A stretch of 20,000 nucleotides of DNA. It comes from Folioceros fuciformis (lineage: Eukaryota). The stretch is taken from positions 398,246 through 418,245 of the forward strand of contig JBNGIO010006314.1 in the NCBI GenBank assembly GCA_049999805.1, given 5' to 3'. The translations under genes and the position numbers were made by a program. Numbering within the stretch: the stretch's first letter is position 1; each line of letters opens with the position of its first letter. Below, piece by piece: positions 7,030 to 16,949 of the stretch. The notes under the pieces are model-generated. The model was not told the DNA's origin. It saw only the letters and a list, made by a program, of their open reading frames with translations, and did not search any database.

Positions 7030-9884
7030 TCAGAAACGCTCGCCTTCAGCTCTGCCATGGCTCTCTCGGACATCCAGCTCTACATGTGCCTGTGCCTGCG
7101 GCCCTGCTGCTGCTCTCTGCAACATTTCCACGACAGTTTCCATGTCGGGTCGTTGCAGTGGAGATGGATCGGTGCAACGTAGGGCCACTTTGAGCACCGT
7201 CAGCATTTGCTGTCTAACTGGGAATGACTCTGTGCTTACTGATGGATCCAGAATCTGCTCTGGAGTCTCTTCCCGCGCTGGAGCACCTCTGACCCAGCCC
7301 ACAAGGTCCATACCATTTCCAAAGCAGTCGTCCGTGGGGTATTGGCCTGTCAGTATCTCAAGAAGGACTACTCCGTAGCTGTAAACATTGCTTTTCTTTG
7401 TCACCTGCATGGTATAGGCATACTCTGCAAGACAAAAGGCACAGATGACAAGCTCAGCTGTGTCAGTCGTAGCTCCTCGATGACTTAGAAGGAAAACGCA
7501 GGTACTATGGTAATACACAAAGGACATCAGTGCCCATCACAAGGGACTCTTGGTTCAGGACGACGACAGCAAGCAAACGTTTGCTTTTAAGAAAGACCTC
7601 ATGGAATAGAGTATGCATTTTTACCTGGGGCAATGTAGCCTATAGAGCCAGCAACTGTGGTGATGCTCTTCACATGAGCCTTGGAAGGCTCTATCACTTC
7701 CACAAGTTCGCAGTCGCCAATAACAGCATCAAACGAAGAATTCAAGAAAATATTGCCGGAGGTTATGTCAAGATGAATCACTTGGTTCCGGGACCCATCG
7801 TGCACGTGTGCAAGTCCTTGAGCAACACCCACTGCAATGTTGTACCTCGTAGCCCATGTCATCTTGTCATACTTTGAAGACAACCTGTGCCTCAGAACCC
7901 CATTGGGCACATTCGCATGCATGATGTAAAGGGCATCCTCGTGCAAGATGTATCCCATAGGAGTCATGATGTTCTTATGGCCCAAGAACTCCCTTTGCAA
8001 AACTTTCTCCAGCTCTAGATTGCTCCTCCTGTAGTGCTCCACAATTGGTTTGTCCACCTTCACTTTCTTGACGGTAAGGTCTGGGAAGGGACCTTCTCGA
8101 TTTGCAGCCCTGTAAAGAGTAGTGAATCGGTTCACGCTAATCAGCTGTGTTTTCACAAGAGAACTCTGGATCAACTCCTCAAAGTTCACGCCATCTCTAT
8201 CATAGGCATTGGTGAAGAAGCTCCCTGTAACTGGCACCACAGAGTCAGCAACTGAACTCCGCCAACTTCGGAGCGCACTTCTCCGTCGGTACAGCCAAAC
8301 ACATAACAGAGCCGTGGCAACAACAAGAACAAGTCCTGTAATTCCATAGGCACGGTAATGGCCTAAAAAATGCCTACCTCCTTTGCTATCAGTCTTGTTA
8401 ACATAGTTACAAGAGACAACCTCAGGATAATTCAGTGAATCTGGGGTACACAGATTCGGATTGTTAGAAAAGTTGCTTGCACGCAGAAGCCTCTGCGAAA
8501 ACATGGGCAGCGGCCCACTAAGGTGGTTGTTGGAAACGTCAAGTTCAATCAGACTGAGCATACTGGTCAAAGCTGGAGGAATTGGACCCGATAGCTCATT
8601 ATGAGCCATGCTGAGGTTTATCAACTTGGTTAGCTGTCCCAAAGAGGCTGGAATTAATCCAGTCAGGTTGTTGAACTTAAGACTAAGCGTAATCTGAAGA
8701 TTAAACAATTTCCCAATGTCGTCGGGAATGCTTCCATTCAGGAAGTTGTTGTCGAAATTCGCTCCAAGTAGGCTGGAAAGGCTCCCGATAGCTTGTGGTA
8801 TCTCCCCTGAAAGCTGGTTGTTATTCAGGTTCAAGATAGTCAATCTGGTCATAGCACTCACACTCGTTGGAATGCTACCAGTCAGTTGATTGTAGCTAAG
8901 ATCAAGAACGAGCAGCTGGCTATAACCACCAAAAAGGGAGAACGGAATGGAACCACTCAGCTCATTGCCCGATAGATTCAATTTCCCCAAATTCCCGAGG
9001 CTCTCCAACTCTTCAGGAATAGAGCTGTTGAACTGGTTGCCTCCTAAGGCAAGCGTGGACAAATTGGTGCACTTGGCCAGCTCCTTCGGAATAGGTCCTT
9101 CAAAATCATTCTCCCCGACGTCCAGATAGTCCAAAGCGATCAAATTACCCAACTCAGTAGGCAGGCTGCCATTGAACTGATTGTAACTCAAGTCCAACCT
9201 TTTAAGCTGGTTGCAAAAGGATATGTTGCCAGGGAGCAAGCCGGTTAACTGATTGTGAGACAGATCGATCCACAAGGTGCTGGTTTTACAGACATTGTCC
9301 CAAAAACCGCCTTCGAAAAAGTTGAAGTTGAGCTTCAGCGACGTGAGATTCGGGATATTCCCAATCCACGCAGGTATAGGTCCCGTGAACAGGTTCTCTG
9401 ACAGATCCACAACCGTGAGCCTCTGAAGCTTGCCCAGATCCTCCGGAACAGACCCGTTGAACCTGTTCTGCGAGAGCAAGAGCGAAGACAAGTTCGTCGC
9501 ATCGCTGAGACCCACAGGAATGCTCCCAAAGAAGGCATTGCTGGACACGTCGAGGGTGTCCAAGCCCTGCAACAGTCCCAACGAGTCAAGGAGCTGTCCG
9601 CTCAGTCCCAGCGAGCTCAGTTCAAGCTTTGTTACACGCGCATTGACGCACGTAACCCCCTGCCACAAGCAAGGGTCTGAAGACTCGTTCCAGCTGTCCA
9701 GCACAGCGGTGCCATTAGCCACGGAGCCATTGGGCTTGAGCTGGTTCTTGAAGTCGATGAGCACCGTTACTTCCGCACTGAGGTCTGCCCAGACCTCTAC
9801 TCCATAGAACAAGCAGAAAAGCACAGACAGCGGGACGACGCAGCTCCAGGAGCGAGTGCTCCAAACGCCTGCGCTCGACACCAT
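7030..9884 (-). CDS. PXC3: Leucine-rich-repeat receptor-like kinase, PXC3/At2g41820-like (LRR-XI group), ~884 aa, 2 exons
   Basis: Exons 9884-7625 and 7424-7030, with a 200 bp GT..AG intron (phase 1) that rebuilds 'GYIAP-E-YAYTMQVT'. The CDS is 2655 bp, divisible by 3. It has a signal peptide, LRRNT cap (SW...PCLWQGVTC), about 16 plant LRRs (LxxLxLSxNxLxGxIP), a TM helix (YGITGLVLVVATALLCVWLY) and a kinase domain. The tail 'EYAYTMQVT...NVYSYGVVLLEILT...DLVGWVRGAPAREETPEQILD...ST.SF..R..ML..LKVAL.CTD..P..RP.M..VVEMLQ' and the HLD catalytic loop match my recollection of Arabidopsis PXC3. Orthology needs a phylogeny. Confidence 0.9.
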
Positions 9885-10769
9885 GGCTACGTTTCCGCCC
9901 ACGCGTCACCACGTCAATTACACCAACCGAGCCAGCTCGCCTGATACCACTGTCACTCCCACTCCCACGCCCTCCCTAGCTCCCTCAAGCCCCACACGGT
10001 CTCCCTTTGCCCATCCCAGGCTCCGTCCTTCCTTCCTGTGCCTCTTGTGCGGTTACCTTCCTTCCAGCTCGGGATAACGCGGCAGACAGCCGATAGAAAG
10101 AGGGCAGACGGCGAAGGTCGGCTTCGTCGATCCCCCCCTCTTCCAAGGGGGCACGCAGCCACGACCGGAGCTTTCCCGACGTCAGCGTCCGGGCATCTTG
10201 CTCACTCTTCACACACCACTGGTGAGCGCGGTGTCCGTGGCTCCAGGAAAGCAGAATAATGGAGACGGGAGGATGAGCAGAGTCCTTGACAGGGGCAGCG
10301 GCGAGCGCAAGGGCAAGCGCAGGCGCAGGCCGCCATCGCCATCCCCATCATATCCTTCGCACGAGCGACCAGCAGCGGCAGCAGAGGGAATGCAGGCCAT
10401 ACCATGCCATGCCAGACCAGGCCCAGGCCCAGCAAGCGCTGCGCCAACGGGCCTGCTACTACTTTTACATGATGTACAGCGCCCTGACGTGCCTGCCCGT
10501 CCGGGACCCATGCCCCAGGCCGGGCCCGGGTCACGGCCCGGGGGCACCAAGTGCACCCCGCCCAGGTCCGCTGGCCACGGCCCCTCGGAGGCCGCGCCAG
10601 GCGGTCACTCGGTTTCCAGGGCTCAACTTCCACCACGGCAAACGATACAAAATGCACCCATTCAACTATCTCGTCTGCCCAGTCGGGGCCGACCCTCCCG
10701 GTCTCCCACATTCTTGTCCTGCAAAGACCTGTGTTGACGGCCCGTAGGCCGTGACACACACACTATTTG
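9885..10769 (-). promoter_or_regulatory. GC/CpG-rich 5' leader and promoter region of the LRR-RLK, also the 3' flank of the PPR gene
   Basis: Visibly GC- and CpG-rich, with repeated GGCCC/GGGCC (site-II/TCP-like) motifs, e.g. 'caggcccaggccca' near 10418 and 'gggcccggg' near 10522. Function is inferred from position only. Confidence 0.4.
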
Positions 10770-13700
10770 TCACGACCCGACAGCACCGACAACGCCGGCG
10801 CTCACCTCCCGCACCATGGCCAGGACCTGCTCGATCTGAGGGTGCCGCTTCTCTCCCGCCGCGAACATGTGCACCCCATTCTCGACCTCAATCCAGCTCT
10901 GGCCCGGTCGCTTCCACGCGCCTGCATTCTGCCGCATCGTTTCCACCCACGCAGCCTGATCCGGCATCTGCTGCTGGGCATAAACGCCTGCCATGAGGAG
11001 GTACGCGGCCGCGTGCTGCGGCTCTGCCATCACGGCTGCTCGGAACGCCATCTCCCCGACCCGAACGTTCCCGTGGTTCCGACAAGCCACCAGCACGGAG
11101 AGCCAGAGGGCGAGGTCCGGCTGCACGTTGACGGGGAGCCCGGCCAGGAGGGCCATCGCCGTGTCCAGCCGGCCCGCGCGGCCGAGGAGGTCGACCAGGC
11201 TGGTGAAGTGCTGCAAGGACGGCGAGATGCCGTATTCGCTTCTCATGTCTTCCAGGAATCCTAACCCTGCGTCCACCATGCCGGCATGGCTGCATGCAGA
11301 CAGGAGGTGGAGGAAGGTGACGCCGTTCGGCTTCGCTCCGCTGCCTTCCATCTTGCGAAATTGCTCTTGTGCTTTCACCCCGTCTCCCTGCCTCGCGTAG
11401 CCGGCGATGAGAACGTTCCATGCCGCGATGTCGGGGTCCGGGAAGGTGTCGAATACGCGTTGAGCTTCCTCCATGCAGCTGCACTTCCCGTATGCGTGAA
11501 TAAGAGAAGTTGCCACGCTCGTATTCCTCTCCACCCCGCTCTCCACCATATCCAGATGTAGCTGCCTGCACATGGCCAGGGCTCCAGTATTTCCGCACAC
11601 TTTGAGCAGGGAGATGAAGGTTGCCTCGTTACCGCGCACTCTCGCCTCTTGCATTTCAGCATACAGGTGCAGAGCGGCCGCGCCGGCTTCAGCGTCGTCA
11701 TGATGAGCGTAGCCTGCGATCATGCTATTCCAGGTCACCACATCCGCCCTCTCCACACTGTCAAACAGCCTTCTGGCGGCTTCCAAATCTCCGCATTTCG
11801 CATACATGTCCACCAAGGCGGTGGACAGATACACATCCACTTCGTAGCCGCTCTTCTCTATTTCGTCGTGGATGCTCTTACCCCTCCGCAACGACTCCAC
11901 TCTCAGCACCTGTTGCCTACCCTTGTCAGTGAAACTCACAGTTTCTTTTTCCTTGCTTGCAAGGAGGCTACATGCTTTCAGAGCGCTCACATACGTCCAA
12001 TTGTTAGGGCTCGTGCCTTCCTCAAGCATTTCCGAGTACAGTTGTAGGGCAGCTTCTCCCAGCTCATCCTGGACATAGCCAGCGATCATGGCAGTCCACG
12101 TCACAACATCCCGTTTCGACAGTGAATCGAACACGCGCCTCGCCTTCGCCACATCCCCACACTTCGCATACATGTGAACCAGGGCATTGGCCACAAGCAC
12201 ATGGGATTCTAGACCAAGTTTGATGAGGTCCGCGTGGATCTCCTCCCCTACTTGTAACGACTGCCGCTTGCCTTCCTCAGAACCGGCCATGGAGCAGCAT
12301 GCTTTGAGCAAGCTGCCAAAGGTCCAGCTATCTGGCCGTACACCCTCCCCCTTCATCCGACTGTAGAGTTGAACAGCCATGGCTCCCTCGTCTTGCGTGG
12401 CATATCCTGCCACCAGAGCGTTCCATGACACAACGTCTCGCTTCACCAGTCGGTCGAACACCTTTCTTGCATTCACCATGTCCCCACATTTAGAATAGGC
12501 GTCAACCAAACTGTTCCCAACAAAGATGTCGGATTCACAGTCCCTTCTTGCAACCTCTGCGTGAATATCCAGCACTACTTGCCAAGTCTTTGCTTTCATC
12601 TGCTGCCCATCCACCAAACTCTCTTTCTCCGCAGCTGACAGGCTACCACAGGCTTTGAGCACGCTGGGGAATGTGCGGTGGCTTGGCGTGAGACCACTTT
12701 GGAGCATCTGAGAATATAATTGCAAAGCCTGCTCCCCTGAACCTTGGTGAGCGTACCCTCCGATCATCGCATTCCATGATACCACGTCCCGTTGAGGGAG
12801 TCTAGCAAATATGAGCTGAGCGTCCACCATACTTCCACACTTTGCATACATGTCCACCAAGCTTGTGCCCACGAATAAGTCCGTCTCCCAGCTCCATTGG
12901 ACAGCCTTAGCATGTGCCTGCTTGCCTTCTTCCAGATCTGCTGTGCTTCCACAGGCTTTAAGTACGCTGACCAAAGTCAACCTATCAGGCTGTTTGCCTT
13001 CCTGTTGCATTCGACTGTACACTTTCAGGGCTTCTTGGGCCTGCCCGTTCATCGTGTACCCCGAGATTACCGCTGTCCATGAGGTCACTGTGCGCTCGGA
13101 GAGTTGGTTGAACAGCTCCACTGCATTCACAAGATCCCCGCACTTGACATACATGTTGACCATGGAGTTCCCCAAGCAGCTGTTCGATTTGAATGAACTT
13201 CTACGGATGAGGGCATGCACTTGTCTTGCCTCTCTCAGAAGCTTCATGTTAGTGCAAGCCTGCAACAGACAGCCGAAAGTCTCCGCAGATGCAGCAATGC
13301 CCCCCTGCTCCATCATGTTAACGACATTCAAAGCCTCCTTAACTCGTCCCCGCTGACACAGAGCTTTCACATCATGGGCGGGGTAAGGACAGTCCACACA
13401 TGTTTCTGGGGACCTGAACAAAAGCAGAACTGAAGGGTTACTAGAACACCAATGTGCAACAGCAGATACTGAACCCACTCTTTTCCAGTTCTAATTCATC
13501 GCACCTGCTGCTCCCCATCATTTCCCTTTTGTCCTTCCTCGGCAGCGGCAGCTCTTGCCCTTGTCTACTCATAGCCACTCGACCTCCGGACAAGCCCTCC
13601 ATAACTTGGTGTCGCATGGACGAAGATGGTGGTGGCCAGAGTTGACAGGCAGAAGCTGCCTGCCAGCTCGGCTTCGATTTCAACCGAATCTTCTGCAAAC

Positions 13701-13866
13701 ACCACCACGGATCAACTGATCAACGTTACCACAAACGTGTAAGACACGAGGAGCACAGGATGCGCAAGCACTTTACCTTCCTTGCCCTGTTCCTCCTCCA
13801 TTCGGAAGGGATTGCAGAACAACCCAAGGAGGCTCTCCCAAATTGCCTTCGCTTAGATTCCATCAT
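10770..13866 (-). CDS. PLS-class pentatricopeptide repeat protein, E+ type (no DYW domain), probable organellar RNA-editing specificity factor, ~973 aa, 3 exons
   Basis: Main exon 13413-10770 encodes about 21 motifs in P-L-S triplets, ending P2-L2-S2 (…SACSHAGMVD…; HFTSLVDLLGRAG), then E1-E2, the PG box 'KRPGQSWIEV' and 'F.AGEKRHPQ', then a stop. Upstream exons 13866-13777 and 13692-13505 join in frame through 84 bp (phase 0) and 91 bp (phase 2) GT..AG introns, giving 2922 bp and an R/S/K-rich N-terminus compatible with a targeting peptide. The 5' exons are less certain than the main exon. Confidence 0.92.
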
Positions 13867-16320
13867 CAGACCTTGGCACAGTTCTGAATACAGAAGCAAG
13901 TGCAAGTAAGCCCTACTCCTTGCTGAGGGCAAAAGTACCACCTCCAAGGGCAAGCCCAGGACTCCACCTCGTCAAATTTGAAAAGCACGGCCCGAATACT
14001 GCTTACACCGGCCAGAACCCGCCAGACAAAAGTCCGGTCTGGTCACCCTTTTTTTGCTGCATCTGCTGCCGGTGTCACGCCCCTTGTTCAAACGTGGAAG
14101 AGACGTCCACCGTTTCGCTCCGTTTCGTTTCGTCCGTAGAGATTCATCATGTGACTCCCCTGATCTTCTGAACGCCGGCATCCGATATCAGTTCTGGACG
14201 CCTTACTCTCTTGATGAGGCGTTACAGCAAACCTGCCAACTAAGCGTGGATTCCTCCGAGCGTATTTGACGGGTGCCTAAACAATGTGATAACATGGCCC
14301 GCGTTTAAAGCAGGGCATTTCCAGCAAGAGGTGGCTGAGGAAGCCGAAGAGCTGTGCATCATGCACACTTGATCGTTTCCGATTCTGTGCATCTGTCTTC
14401 CTTGTGCAGTCATTTTCATGCTCAAGTTCTCATGGCAACATAATTGAATGGGAAGCAACGCAACGACCTCAAGCTGATGTGTTCAACTGGGAGCTGACAA
14501 TCTGGTGGTGAGAAAAGCTCGCAGAGCGAAGACGGTGAAGATACAATAAACTTGTATCAGATGATCAGATGGTGTACTGCCGGGCTCCTAGCGACGAGAT
14601 CGCTCTGACGTGGACTACTCTGGTCAGGGTACTTCCAGCAGCGGCCTCATCATACGTAGGGTTTCCCGGCAGTCCTTCAGCTCTACATTTCGATCCAAGA
14701 GAAAGGCACTGCACTTTCCCCTGTGCCGCTGCGGCACGGAGTTTGCCTCCTGCAGCCATGTGGAAATGTGGCAGCTTTGTCGAATTTGGAAGTAGCCTGT
14801 CAGATTCATGAGAACCAAGGGGTTCAAGATGCTGTGTTCACAGACGTTTGACCAGAATGTGCGTGAGTCTGAACATGGTTGAAGGCTGGTGCACTGCAGG
14901 CGTTTGAGGATTTGGCATTGTGCCCTGACTGTGTTACCCCACTAAGCTTGTTTCACAGGAAGTGCCTCAGAGGATGGCTTGTCCAGCCAATCCCTCCCCT
15001 CGTGTACTCACGCCATCAATCATCCGGGTGTGGTGAATGAGGCGTGCGGGCTGAGCACACTAGGGCTTCATTCCTGAAGCTCTCGCACCGGCCGGCCAGC
15101 GTTTGGTGAGGCACTGGACGTGGTAGGGATAAGTTCCACACCTGTTGCCAGAGTTGTGCAAACTCAGGTAGAGGAGGTGCAGTCGAGCAATGAAAGAAAG
15201 CTGCCACGCTGATCATCTGCTCTTGTAACAGATGATCAGCCAGCAGCTACCTTCTAACAAATGTACCCCGAACTCCGCGGCCGCTACGGATGCCTAGGCG
15301 CTCCCAGACCATGCCAATTATCTAGCCATCCGTGGGTGGCACAGCCGTCCGTCCCGGCGGCACACAACCATCCAGCACTATACCGTATGTGAGAGGGAAG
15401 CCTTTTGAGCCGGTGCCCAGTTTCCCGTGTCCTGTGCACCTTACAACTCACCACTCCACATGCATCTGCGTGGCGCCAAAAGCCTCTTTGCAGGAAAGCC
15501 TGCCTCAGCACAGCTTCGTCCTTAAAGACTCCAACGCACCAAAAGAGAACCCGATCCAGGTTCCAACGGACTCACCACCACTTTCCGAGTTAGATCTCGG
15601 TCAGCTGTATCTACGGGTGACGAGATGGACGAGGTCGGAACAAGTGATGCCCGTGACTCCACCTGACAGTGCACACTACCCCACAGACCTGGAACAGGTG
15701 TCAAGTCTTTCATCCGCCGCACAACAGACAAGTCAGTGATCGTCAACCTTGCGGACGACTCGAGCACTTTAGTACGACGCGAACCGCCGAAGAAATTGTA
15801 ATTTACTGGCCTCGGCTTCAAGGAGACGATGCACTCACCGTCCTGCGTCCTCTCAGAGAATCATACACAGATCTTGTCACCCACTCCACCATGAGAAGGT
15901 TGCAAAAAGACGGAATGTGGGCGAATAATGGAGCTCGGGTGATCCCGGCCGGCGCGAATGTATGGCATCATTCCAGTCTCGTCGTCGCCACATTCTCTTG
16001 TACATTTGACCCGACCCGACCCGGACTGGAATGGAATGGAGACAGGTGGCCTTGGCAGTCACACCCCACCTACTCCCTCCGATCAAGAAGAATTTACTCC
16101 GCTCGAGTCCATGTGAGTGCTGTACATACCTTGTTCTGGAGTACTTGGATAGTTCCGTTGGACTTTAAACTATAACTTATCCCGTGGGTGGTTTGGTGGA
16201 GTATGGGTTACTTGAATGGAATTGAATAACAGTAGTAGACGAAAAATATCCATAACCTTCTACGGACGTAGTGTGGACCATCCAACAAACTGCGTGCCAT
16301 GATACAGAAAGTTCGAACGG

Positions 16321-16552
16321 GCCAATGGCCAATGCCAATGCCAATGCCGAAGCCTGGCCATGAGTGGCTTGCGGGTGTGGGAAGAGTCTCGGGACTCCGC
16401 TTTGATGGTTGTTGCTTCTGTTGGAATGATTCGGCAAGATTGGGAGTCGAGTGTGGCGTCGGTTGCTCCGTGGGCTCGCTCTGTGGTTCTGTGCCGGCTC
16501 CCTCCTGTTCGGACCGTGCAATGCATGCATCGTTGCTTTGCTTTATAAAAAG
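16321..16552 (+). promoter_or_regulatory. Candidate core-promoter elements of the GAT-like gene
   Basis: Four tandem CCAAT motifs (16322-16345), an RY-like ATGCATGCAT (16521-16530) and TATAAAA (16544-16550). These are separated from the ATG by a gap of unknown size. Confidence 0.3.
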
Positions 16553-16615
16553 AAGGAGGTGGAAAAGCACCCATGTACCAGTCGGGTGCGTTCGGGAAAC
16601 GAGCTTGACATTGAC

Positions 16616-16715
16616 NNNNNNNNNNNNNNNNNNNNNNNNNNNNNNNNNNNNNNNNNNNNNNNNNNNNNNNNNNNNNNNNNNNNNNNNNNNNNNNNNNNNN
16701 NNNNNNNNNNNNNNN
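16616..16715. other. Assembly gap (100 N)
   Basis: Exactly 100 N, close to a poly-G tract. Confidence 0.99.
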
Positions 16716-16949
16716 ACAGACCCGGGAAGGGGGGGGGGCGGGGGTTCTCAATTCCAGCTCACCAAGGACTCGTGGGATGGAGATGTGTTCCGTGACCGAG
16801 TCGGAGGGCTCGCAAGCGCAGCATTGTTGCGTTTGTGCTACAAATTCTGGTGTGGCGTTTAGATAGGGAACTTGAAGCCGGATTGGACCATGCCCGAATT
16901 AGGAAGGAGCTTCACGTCCCGTTGGTGAACTGTTGGGAACTGCGCAGCT

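Noticed and set aside
7599..7624. ORF-track C-terminus 'GKNAYSIP*' suggesting a truncated kinase
   Set aside because: Read-through into a canonical 200 bp intron; the kinase is completed by exon 2.
9856..11701. Many long overlapping or antisense ORFs (e.g. 10198-10737, 10888-11598)
   Set aside because: Expected in GC-rich DNA with few stop codons; the translations are Pro/Arg/Ala-rich with no domains.
15034..15075. Small hairpin containing GGCTTCATTCC, similar to the miR166 3' half
   Set aside because: Only about 11 nt match, the 5' half of miR166 is absent, and the stem is too short for a pre-miRNA.
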